Below are positions 39,775 through 51,201 of a DNA stretch of 64,000 bases, one piece after another (the stretch's first letter is position 1; every line of letters begins with the position of its first letter). The DNA is taken from assembly GCA_038496445.1 (NCBI GenBank), contig JALMLS010000621.1, positions 62,001-126,000 on the forward strand. Reading direction: 5' to 3'. The position numbers and the translations under genes are program-made. The DNA is from Trichosphaerium sp. ATCC 40318. Taxonomy: Eukaryota > Protista > Tubulinea. The notes under the pieces were generated by a model. It was not told where the DNA came from. It worked only from the letters and a program-made list of their open reading frames with translations, and ran no database searches.

Positions 39775-41203
39775 GTGGGTCCGACAGAAACGTCAACTTT
39801 TATTTGAAGGGGATTACCTTACTCGGTCAAAGCCGGTATCTGTATGTGATAGCAAGTTTGAATGGCGTATTTCGAAGGTGAACTCCAATTCAACGCTCAA
39901 GCAAACTTATGCAAAAAATGGGAAACTGTATTAACCCTGCCACAAACTTCAAGGACAAACATGGAACTGCAGTATGTATCGCTCTTTTCTATTTGTGAAG
40001 TACGTAACCAGTAAATCAATAACCAAAAACAAAGTAAACTTTGACTAACCATTGGTTTTTTTTTGTAGCACGCAGTAACCAATGTCAAAAATTCGGCAAT
40101 TGTTGGCCACCATTCCAGTGATTTCAAAGTGTGCGGTGTTTCTGCCAAGGATGTAGACTTCTAAGTGATGATAGTATCTGGTACAATGTAACCAATAAAG
40201 TACCTCCCATTACATAGTTTAAATTGTTTGAAAAGTACAGCTGGTTGCAATTCTGAAGCTGTTCATATTGGACCTGTGGTAGTATCTCCATGCAAGAGTT
40301 TAACCGTATGGTTAGCTGCTATATGTTTGTTGTTTGTTAGACCATCGGCCCTTCACACGACACCTGAAGAAGCAAGTTATTCTAGCTTCAGCGTAGTCTT
40401 TCGCTGCCTGTATATCAGGTGTAAGTTCACAAAATCTCGTTAGATCACTAAAAACGTGCTTGCTTCCTTTGCAAGAGTCAGTCTTATTTCATTTATTGCA
40501 AAACTAAAGTGCCAGAACGGCCTGACACAGTAGTTAAAAACATCGATGAAAGTATCATCGAGAGTGTGTCTTTTCTTATTATCATACTTGAGTCTTACTT
40601 ACATATCACGAGAAATGATGAGGATGCTGTAGAGATGCCAGAAGTTGAAGGTGTTTTAGGCAAGAATACTGAATGTAGGGCAAATTAGCCTTACCTTGAT
40701 AGCGCCCTATAAAGTCACTCAATTGATTTTGTATACAGTATTGTTGTTGGCACTGAAATAGTTACCACTTTAAACCCTTAATTGTATGCTGTCATTTTTT
40801 TATTCAAAACTGTAAATATTCGTAGTTTGAGACGTTAGTTCTCAGTAAATTATGTTGCACGCTTTACAGGTCACTGTGATTACAGACCACTAAACGTGAA
40901 TTTAAGAGTTAAAGCAACATGAATTCAAAGGAAACTATAGCGCTTGTATTGTTACTTGTGTACACCTCACTCTACCACGTGTTAATGCCATTATTTCCGA
41001 AAGATGTTGTACTAACCACAGCTGTGATTTAAGTTTAGTTGCAGACCTTGAGCACGCGCGCAATGTGAATCAATATTGGTTGATAAAAGTGGTATAGAAT
41101 GCATCTTAAAGTCAAGTGATCTTGTACATTGAACTGTATGAGATAGTTAGATGTATGTCACAGTGCTAGTAATAGCACTGTTTTGAAGTAGAAAACACCA
41201 GCA

Positions 41204-41912
41204 ATGGCAAACCAGGTTGTAGATACACATGAACTAGCTAAGCTTATGTGCAATTTATTAGACCTTCCACTTGAGCTACAACTTGATATAAACGATTTAG
41301 ACTTCACTGTATATCAATTATGGCCGTTACTATCAAAACAAGCAACAACCACAAGGTTTGACAATAAACTAAACAAACATGGCAAGTGGATAAGAAAGTT
41401 CTCTTCAACACAACAAATATCAGTTAAAATGTACTGGAGACATGGAAAACGTCTTGGAGTTGTCAAACAGTGGCATACTAACAGACAATTGCAAAAAACT
41501 CTGTAACTACAAGAATAACCAACTTCATGCAGGAGTTTGCAACAAGTGGTTTGATGACAGTAAACTAAGAACGGAGTGTAGCTACTTTAGAGGCTAATTA
41601 CATGGCGAATAAAAAGTGGAAAGATGGTTTTAAAATCATGCCCTTTTAAAACAACATTGCTTTTATTTCAATGGTAAACCAGATGGAGAATAGAAGTGGA
41701 GTAATGGTAAATTGACACTGCATTGTTCATATGCCAACAATAAACTAGAATGTGAATATAAGGCACGGTATGGCAATGGTAATCAACGTCAAATATGGAT
41801 TCAATGTAATTTTGTTGATGATGTACACGTGGTATGGTATAATAATGGAGATATAGCCGAGAAACTCCTTTATGCTATTGAAAAACGTTTGAGCAGAAGG
41901 AAAATTTGGTAG
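41204..41912 (+). pseudogene. Decayed F-box-like + MORN-variant (YwqK-like) repeat gene
   Basis: LLDLPLELQLDI then repeats YWRHGKRLGVVKQWHTNRQL / NYKNNQLH.GVCNKWFDDSKL / YFRG*LHGE*K / YFNGKPDGE*KWSNGKL / YANNKLECEYK. One frameshift near 41495 and four in-frame stops; no introns. Confidence 0.7.
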
Positions 41913-41929
41913 AGGAAAAACAATACATC

Positions 41930-42860
41930 ATTGGAATCTATCAGACTTATATTATTCTTCCTTTGAGTGCCTCATTCCCATCTCTGCAACTCCTGTATTA
42001 ATCAAACAAATGTACATAGTTAAGGTGTTTCACAAAGTGGTATTATACCTGATCATGTGATACCTTCATGAGAAAATAATTTACGCCATACATTGACTTC
42101 ATTCCTGTGTTTGTGATACTCGTACATAGCCACAAGGTCGTCACCATGTAGATTGTAATCCCTTATCAGTTATGTTATTGTTGATAACCATAGATTTTTA
42201 ATGACGGTACAAATAGTATTTTACAGGCGTTTGATAAGCGGGGTAGTTTGTTACTTAAGGTAGTTTCCAGTGTAACAACTTCGGTGAGTAGTTCAATCAA
42301 TGACAGATTACGATAGAACAAGTTTTTTAATGCAATGTAATTTATTGATTTGTACAAGAGATTAATCCAATAAATGGGATGGGTCTCTGGCTGCGTTGAT
42401 CCAGGTAGGGTCGCAGTCAAGCGAGATGGAGTCTCTCCTCCAATCTGGTAGTGTTGGACTAACAAGAACAAGTGAATCTAACACTGGAAAGAAGAGCAAG
42501 AACTGATAGTAATAATTTGTTGTAGAACTGTATTACTTTTGACTGCTTGCTCTACAATACGGAGCGATTGATATAACGCAATGCTAGTGATCAAGTATTT
42601 CATAACGTGTGTAAACCACATGGATATCTGATCGTTGTGTCCTACAGGACACATAACACAATAATATAACCGTTGCTTGGGAATAGTCTTTCGTTTCATT
42701 GAGGGTAGCCACTTGTCTAAACGGACACTTGTTAGAAGATTCAATGCATTTTGATACGGGTTTAAACAACTCACTTTAGAATAGACATTCATTCATCCAA
42801 GTATTGCTTTATGAAATGGATAACTTGAGAGATAAATAAGAGAGTGTATTGAACAGATAT
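41930..42860 (-). pseudogene. Possible degenerate leucine-rich-repeat gene fragments
   Basis: Broken ORFs 42175-42471 and 42478-42792, plus a fragment VTTLWLCTSITNTGMKSM resembling Cys-containing LRR units; many stops. Confidence 0.25.
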
Positions 42861-44736
42861 TTTATTTACATCAGGTGTACTGTGCAACATCCAATGCGTC
42901 TTAAGATAAGACGTTTGGTGCAGGGTCATACCACGTGGTTTGCTTTTGCATTATTGCTTTGTGGAAAGCAATCTTATCCTTTATTGTAGCACTTGATAAT
43001 GCAAGCCCAGAAACACGTGCCATATTCTGCATATTCAATAAGACAACAAATACAATCACTACACTTTTTCGAAAAAAAAAAATTGAACGCACGCTTCTAA
43101 CATTGTTGGCGTACAATTGAGGGTTACCTATCCACAAGTAAATTATAATGGTTACAATCAGTATGTGTACCTTTTTCTTCTTTTGATGGTTTGTACGTGT
43201 CAAGGTAAGTCAGTTGAAGTCTAAAATGATAAGGAGGTTCACAAATTTATGAAGTATTTTTATACCTGTTTCTAAAACTTGTCAGGAAAAACAGTAAGTG
43301 CCAGTGTATAGGAATTGTCTCCCAAGATATCCCAAAGTATGTGTTATCTGGGTACCTAACAAAAAAATAATTGGTTCCTCATCCTTGTTATCCTAAAGCA
43401 CGCACTGGATGACAACAGGTTGCACTGGCAACCCAGATACAAAGGCACCTTGGATAGATAAGAAACAGGCTGCAAAAAAAAAATTGGTGGGTACCTGTGC
43501 GGAAATGTATAAGACTAGTACCATTCGTAGTTGTTCCTTCAGGAAATATAACAAGAGGTTGCCCTGTAGAGCAAAGTGTTTAACGAACAAAAAATGTACG
43601 AAAGAGTTTTGTTACCTGTTTTCTTTTTTTGGCGTTCTACTATATCTGACGTTGTTGAACTTCGGCCATTGCCATCAGATGATTTATCTCTCATATGTTT
43701 GTTCGCAAATACTGAGTTATAAACCTGAGACAGGAATCCAAACATGAAAACATGCTTTACACTGCCCTAAAAAAATAAAAGTAAATCAGACTGCTAATAT
43801 TTCAGTAACAACCCAGCCATGACTTGCAATTTGTTACGTACCTTTGCAACAAAAGAAGGTCCGTGAAGACCGAGTAATATTAGAACATCCAAGTAAGACA
43901 CGTGATTTGACACAAGTGTTGTACAGGCTGGCTAAAAAAACCCGAAAGGTCAGCAAACAAAAAAAAAAAAAAAATGACAAGTTCAAAAAACTAAAGAAAA
44001 AAGAGTGTTGTCCACGTGCGTCTAGTCTTCCTTTTTGCTCGATTGTAAAGAACCTACACGGCTGTTAACAATTAACGTTCTTGTACCGCACTAAGACGTT
44101 GATAGGTCATACCCAAGGATAGCAAGCCCAAAACGTATGTAGTAGTATGAGAAGCTTCTCATTATGCTCAATTTGTTTGTTACGCGATTATCAGCTGGTA
44201 TCTAACGTTATTTCAGCTTCTCAAAACGTCATTGAATGTGAGAACCGGGGAATACTTACCTCACGTATTACTAACCAGTGAATGAGCCAATAGAACGTTA
44301 TCATTGGTATGCCGATACATATGCGAATCTACAAACGTCACAAACTTGATTACAAATAACTAACGTTAGTACAGGCAGTAATACACAGAATCCTATCATA
44401 AACAGTTAAGATAACGCGTATGAGCACAATTTGAGTGTGTACCGAAGATAAATTGAAGCCAAACTGTCAAACCTCCGTTATTGAATATCGGTATACGCCC
44501 ATGCACAAACGGTGCTACGTCTACCTCCTTTTCCATTGGTGTTACCGCCTTGAAATGACCTTAACGCCTTAATAAGTCATTTTTCGGTAAAAACGTCACA
44601 GAATCGCGTAAGATCAACCCTTATAGCAGAAGGTGACATTTGGGCCTTGTACAATGCCTTAACAAAACGTAGTGTAACTTACGAAAACTTACCATAAAAC
44701 CCTTCAACAAACCTGAAAACCACTAAAGGTTCAACC

Positions 44737-46361
44737 ATGGTTCTTTGTAAACGTAACGTACCTCCTGTGCATGTATTGCACAAAATTGAGGGTAAATACT
44801 CTGATAAAGTCCCAAAAGAAAAACTATGTCAGTACACCAATCAAGCTACGCTCGCTGGTGTGCTCACCCAATTGACAATGCTCACTCAGTACGCTGACGA
44901 GATGTTCACCGGGTTAATGGAAGAGGCCGGTTCTACCTACGACCGCATCAAAAACCTCACCTCACGCACTCAAAAGCTCCAAACAGAGATGCCGAAAATA
45001 GATGAGTTCTTCAAGCGCCAATCGCTCAAACGTATGAATGAGACAAGCCGCGTCAGCTGGTACGTTAATGTCACCACTCACAAAGCCTTTTAAAGCAAAA
45101 CATTATTGTACAAACGAGTTTTTTTTTACTTATCATCACTAAGGCGCTCAGCAAACTCTGAAGAGCATCAACACTTCACTCGTGAAACAATACCTAATGC
45201 TTTACATCAAATTTACAAAAAAAAGTGTTCACCACCTCCAAACCTCGTCATACTCGACGAACACGCCGAAAATGAAGGAAACTGCTTGGGTAAATACACT
45301 TACCCACAATTCTTCATCGAAGAGTGGATCATGGAGCAAAAACGTCAATTGCAGGTCTTAAAAGAAGAGCGTAAAGCCAGACGTGCTGAACGCGCAGGAA
45401 AACGAAAGGACAGGAAAGAAAACGTCCAAGACAAGAAGAAGCCAAGGCGTTTAAAGAGGATTAGATACGATCCAAACACCGGAGAGAAGATTGTAGAAGT
45501 CTACGAAGCAGATGCCGACGCTCCTGCAGGAGCTGCACCTTTACCACCAACAGAGACAAGCACGTCAACACCTGCAGCCCCGCCTGCTGCTACAGAGAAC
45601 GCTCCTGCTGCCGAAGTCAGCACAACCAGCTCTACAAAAAAGAAAAAGAAGCGCCCAAAGAAATCGCCTCGCTCACCTCCAAAGGCTCCAGCTGACGCTG
45701 CACCACTCCCTCCACCAGGTATAATTTTCGTTGTCTCATTTCTTGTTTTTCTGACATAAAGCTTTAGCTCCCGAAGCACCAAGCGTTAATGCTCCGCCAC
45801 CACCGCCTATGCAGAATGGAACTGCTCCAAAACCAGCAACACCTACACCTGCTCCTGTAGCCGCTCCACCACCTCCTGCAGCGACACCGTATGTCCCTCC
45901 ACCACCACCAACTACCAGTACGTTTTTCTACCATCCTTTTGGGTATTTAGTTTCTCACTAACCTACTCTCAGGTGTGGTTCCACCACCTCCTCCTCCAAT
46001 GGCTGTAGCTCCTCCTCCACCTCCTATGGGCGGTATTCCACCGCCACCTGCAGCTGGAATGCCTCCACCGGCTCCTGCCGCACCTAAGGGCGGTCTGCTT
46101 AGCCAGATTCGTATGGGTGCTTCTTTGAAGACACCAACGCCTGTTGCCAAAAAACCAGCCACTGAGCGCTCTGGATTGATTCAAGCTATCCAAGGCGGTA
46201 TTAAATTGAAGTCAGCTTCCGCAAGGAAATTGCCTGAGAAAAAGGCTTCCACTCAAGCTCAATCCGTTGCTGACATTCTGGCGCGTCGTATTGCCATTCA
46301 GCCAGACTCAGACTCTGACAGCGAATGGGATAACTCCAGTGAAGATGAGTGGTCCGACTAA
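44737..46361 (+). CDS. SCAR: SCAR/WAVE family actin nucleation-promoting factor
   Basis: WHD (TLAGVLTQLTMLTQYADEMF..., CSPPPNL..LD...CLGKYTYPQFFIEEW), basic region, poly-Pro, WH2 motifs, C (SVADILARRIAI) and acidic end (DSEWDNSSEDEWSD). Exons ~44737-45059, 45144-45718, 45768-45917, 45973-46361. Confidence 0.93.
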
Positions 46362-46514
46362 ACTGCATCAAGGCGACACGAGCTCTTGAAACACCATTGC
46401 GCGTTGACTTTGAATTACATTACATTTTATTAAAATAAAGAAAAGATTCTTGTTTTCTTCTAAACATTCCTTTTGGGTTTGATTTCATTTGCTTGTTTTT
46501 TTTTCAGTTTTCGT

Positions 46515-49209
46515 TTACTCGTCCATGTCGTCACGCAACATTTTTACTTTAGTAGTCTCGCTATCCCAAACGGCGATGGCTTCAACGGTAAAGTAACACA
46601 TTGGAATACCAAGCAATTTCTACAAAGAGTTAAAAAAATTAGCAAAACAGGACTCGTCACGAAATGCAAAGGTGTTGAAATTACAAGACGTACAATGATT
46701 TGTGCTTGCTCCGGACGAAGCTCTTGTCCTTTAGTACACACAGTGTGTTCATATCGGAGCTTAATGATACCATTATCAAGTCGTGTTGGTAGCCCGTTCT
46801 TACGCAATTGCGGTTCGAGTTCGTGAGAAAAATGAGAAACGCCATCCTTAATAAGCACGTGAGCAATTATTCACTCTTTTGAAAAGGGAAAAATTCGAAA
46901 CACAAGAGGCGCAACGCCAATAAAAAACCAAAGAAAAAAAAACAAGAAAAACCTGTTGGCTTCTATTGAAAAAAAAATCAAAGTTCACATTTAAAATTGG
47001 GCAAAGTGAATTCTCGCGCTTAAACTAACTGGTTAGCCTAATCACACAAGTAACAAAGCAGTTTTTACGTCAAAACAACTTCACACAAAACTCAATAACA
47101 ACATGGCAACAGGCATTAAACTAGTAGTAGTAGGTGATGGCGCTGTAGGTAATAATATTATCTAAAACTCCTTCAAAACACGCTCCTAAACACCCTTCTC
47201 AAGGTAAAACGTGCCTCCTCATTAGTTACGCCAATAACAGCTTTCCGGATGACTATGTACCAACTGTATTGTACGTACAATGCCAAAGTAGATGGCTAAC
47301 GATGAAACAAAACAAAAAAAATTAAAACTTAAAATTTTAGCGATAATTACGTTGTTACTCTCACAGCAGGCGAACAACAAATTGAACTTGGTTTATGGGA
47401 TACCGCAGGTAAATTACCCCTTTAATAATAAATCGTTGTTCTAATTGTTGCTTACTTCAATTTTTAGGTCAAGGTAAACGATACTTTACAAATCACGTGT
47501 TCGCCTAACGTTTTTTTTTTCCATCGATGCATCACTTTTTTTTTAAATGGTTTTAAAAGTCAGTTTTACTTATTTCTTGTATTAGAGGAATACGATAGAT
47601 TGCGTCCGCTATCTTATGCTGTACGCACAACAAAAGAAAATCCTTTTTTTTTTTTTTTTGAAATACTGGAACTTTAAGGCTAATGGTTTTGTTTTTAGAA
47701 CGCAAATGTGTTTCTCATATGTTTCTCAGTGGTAAACCCAACCAGTTACGAAAATGTAACAGCCAAGGTACGCCGCTCAACCCCGATTTTTGAAAATACA
47801 AGTAATTGGCTTTGATGCTCACGTGATTTTCGCTAGTGGTACCCAGAGCTCATGCACTTTTGTCCTGGAGAACCAATTATTCTCGTCGGTACAAAAATGG
47901 ATTTACGCGAAGAATCGTCTACTATCGAAAAGCTCAAGGCAGCAGGACAGACTGCAGTCACCCAACAAAAAGGTGATGAGCTTAGCAAGAAAATTAAGGC
48001 TATTTGTTATATGGAGTGTTCTGCAAAGACGCAACAAGGACTCAAAGAGGTAAGAATCGAAACAAGACCAAATTCGTTTCAAACTTCAAGAAAAGAGAAC
48101 AAGAAGAAAAAAAAATGATGACATTTTTCATTTGTTGTTTCTCGAAAAGACGTGACTCTGACGGTTTCACTAGGTATTCGATGAAGCTGTAAAGGCTGTA
48201 TTATTTAGCTCAAAGAAGGGCAAAAGACGAGGTGGTTGCGTATTATTGTAAAAGAAGTCATTGGGGGTAGTGACCGTATAATAAATTCAAAACCGAATAT
48301 TAGAATAGCTTTCAAAAAAAACCAAGTTTTTGTTGTTCTTCTTGCACTCAGGTTGTTCAAGGGCAATTGCGCTCATTCTCTTTTCATAAAACAATTATTG
48401 ATTACGTACCTCTTGAAGAATAACATCTTGTGTTGCTTCTGTGCCTGCTTTTGGGAACTGTGGAAGGCGGGTTTTCGTTAAAATACTAAAAATTGAGGAC
48501 ACGTCAGTTGTCAAACAAAAAGCGAAGAAAAAAACAGTCGTAGACTGCATCATTGACATACGATTGCACGTGTTTAAATGTGTCATTGGTAAATAGAAGA
48601 ATTTTTTTTGGTAGACCTATAATACGCGTCAGTACAACATACAGGAGGACCTCCTTTTGTTTGTAAGCAAAAAAAATTATTCTTTGAAAATAAAGTGCCA
48701 GTGCTAGCTTTGTACCTCTTGTAAGTGGTGGTATTTGACATAAATTAGGTCTCAATTCATCTGTTTCATCCCTGCCGAGTGCAAAGCGAAGGAGTGTAGC
48801 CTTTGGGAATAAAAATCTAGAATTACGTCAAAAAACGCTTTTTGAGGTTTTTTTTCATTTATTTGTACACACCTGGAGCCTTTTAGTTGTGTGCGCAAGT
48901 GAATAAGCCCTAAAATTAATTAGAACACCTAAATCGTATCTAAATGGTCATAAACGCTTTAATTACCATCGTTACGCATGTTGTGTAGCTCAATAACATC
49001 TATAACGCATAAGAAATAATTACATTCATTAGTTTGAGGTCGTACATAGATAACGGTACTCATCTATGCTCTCTCGTACAAGGTTTACAATTTTTTCCTT
49101 GTTGTTTCGCGTTTTCTTCTCCGTTTGGGTGAAAAGAACTGTAACCAAGGTTAATAGAATTCAACTTGTATGTATACGTACGTTTTTGTCGTCTACCGGC
49201 TTTTGGCAT
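46515..49209 (-). CDS. MRT4: mRNA turnover protein 4 / ribosome assembly factor Mrt4
   Basis: MPKAGRRQK...TQTEKK...HNMRN...ALGRDETDELRPNL...FPKAGTEATQDVILQE|DGVSHFSHELEPQLRKNGLPTRLDNGIIKL..HTVCTKGQELRPEQAQII|KLLGIPM...*. Contains a 1563-bp intron at 48409-46847. Confidence 0.88.
47103..48251 (+). CDS. racC: Rho-family small GTPase, RacC-like, nested in an MRT4 intron
   Basis: [84 protein letters not shown]...|WYPELMHFCP...VGTKMDLR...YMECSAKT...|VFDEAVKAVL...KKGKRRGGCVLL* (CAAX). Closely resembles Dictyostelium RacC as recalled. Confidence 0.92.
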
Positions 49210-49589
49210 TGTGTAATGTAAATGAGGTGAGAAATACTGGCTAAAAAAACTCCAAATTTCGTTAAGTCACGAAAGGGAAAAAAAAATACAAGCTTCAACT
49301 GGAAGTGTACAAAGAGCTGACCGATCGGAAGTTGCAACTTCCAAGCCCAACCGAAGTTATTCAGCGATTAACGCGTTTTCACTTTTTGAAATGAAGCAAA
49401 ACAAACTTTGATGCAAAGAACAACAAAGTGCGAAACTGCACAAAGAGAAATAACGACAATAACTTTAAAAATAAAAGAGCCACTGTTATTTATAACAGTA
49501 GCATTTTACAATGTAGTCAGGATCTTAATAGAGCTTATTAGGAGGCTCTTAGTTCTATTTTTTTGAAGATTTTGATAGATATTCAAAAT

Positions 49590-51119
49590 CTATTTGAGCT
49601 TTCCTTCGGCCTTGCGTTGCACCTCCTTGAGCTCGAAATACTTCTTCCATTCGCTTGTCAAGCATTTCTAGAATAGGAAGGAGTTTAGACTGATGTGATT
49701 TTAAAACAAAGCGAAAAATATTATTACCTTGACATCAGTACGCTTGACTGTTGTTATCCTGAATTCGAAAGGTGATTCGCCTGTCAGCACTTTAACATCA
49801 GCTGGGTTATCCATTTTAAAATGGCCAGTAGACAAAGACGCATGAAGTGCTTTTACTTCAAGCACACGTGCGTTATCTTAAACAGAGAAATTAGACACTT
49901 GAAACTTCAACAAAGAAAAAGTTCATTTTTGAACTTTAACATTCAAAATAAACGTACTAGCTTGAACGATAAAATCAACAACATATGTTTGATGAGGAAT
50001 TAAGTCTTTTACGGTCTCAAATAAAGCCTTAATCTTTGCCTCTTTAGATTTCTTATCCTACAAGACATCGAGTTAAGGCCAAAAAAAAACAACTGCAAAA
50101 AAAAAAAAAGCAAACAAAAAAAAACGGCCGGAAAACAAGAAAGTCTCGGTGGGTACCTTTACAACTTCCTTGGAGTACAAATACTCAGACTGTTGTGTAA
50201 GTGCTGTGAGTTTGTTATTATAAACAAAACCACGTATTACAGTTCCAGCACGTAGGTCTGCATTCCATTTTGATATAAAAACGGGTACAGGGAATTTACG
50301 TTGTACCCTTGACATGTGAATACAAGTCTGTAGATCTTTTTTAAAAGCAAGACTTCGTGTTATTAACTCTACAGCATCTTGTCCTGTAGTAACTTTGAGT
50401 CCTTGGCGAGCTGCCTCATGCAATGCGTCAATTTCGGCGTTATCTAGGTCAACTCCCTATTTACAAAGAAAAAAAGCGTTAGAGTAACGCTTAAGAGTGG
50501 TTTGGTGCTATTGTACTTCTTTTTTATGCTTTTTGAATGTTTTTTCATGTAACACCTCGTTTAGGGTTGCTTTTGTACTGCCGCAGAACTCATTAAACGT
50601 CCAGTCTTTTGCAGTTTTAGAACCTAGTACGTAAAGGTAAGTCCCTGCGTTTGATTGTCCGCAAAAAACAAAAAAACCCTATCAGACACGCACCCATACG
50701 GATGAATACAGGTGCTCCCATCTGTGAAATGGCTGTATCCAGCTTTGCAACTAAAACGTCTTAGAAGGTTATATTAAACGCATAACACATACCTAGGCCA
50801 TCTAGAATCACTTTAACTTGTTCAGGAATCGGGATAACCAGTTTAGGGTCTTCCTGTGCGTTGAATTTTGCTACGACGGCTTTTGCCTCTACTTCCGATA
50901 GTGGAACGAATGATAGGAAAACGCCATTATCCTAGCGTAAAATAAGCGGCGGAACGCTCGCTACAAAAAAAAGAAAACGCTTACCCCAAGCTTACTCCAC
51001 CATTTGTACATGCCGGCGATGAGGCAAGAATCTACGGCGTTTAGTTCAATGTTAACTTTGCCAGACAGGAAATCCTCGGCCATTTTACTCAAATCTGATT
51101 TTTGTGCTGCTTCAGCCAT
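49590..51119 (-). CDS. Cdc123/D123-like ATP-grasp family protein, catalytic motifs degenerate
   Basis: PVFIRMG|SKTAKDW, LKVTTGQDAVELITRS, ISKW...VIRGFVYNNKLTALTQ, YVVDF, VLEVKAL, PFEFRI. Multi-exon; ends ...AEGKLK*. Confidence 0.6.
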
Positions 51120-51201
51120 TGTTGATGATAATAAGTGTTCAACTAACTGGTGCTTATTTGGACGATACCGTTTTGATTACTTAACTGTTCAGTTTAAGTG
51201 T
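51120..51201. promoter_or_regulatory. Putative compact bidirectional promoter
   Basis: Only 82 bp separate the inferred divergent start codons at 51119 (-) and 51202 (+). Confidence 0.45.

Noticed and set aside
41500-41710. Stop-codon reassignment suggested by in-frame TAA/TAG in MORN repeats
   Set aside because: The stops fall at positions expecting different residues, there is also a frameshift, and intact genes here end in TAA, TAG and TGA; this is pseudogene decay.
42900-44700. Short ORFs and recurring ggtacct/acagg motifs
   Set aside because: No protein motifs, and I could not define repeat boundaries or a consistent unit.
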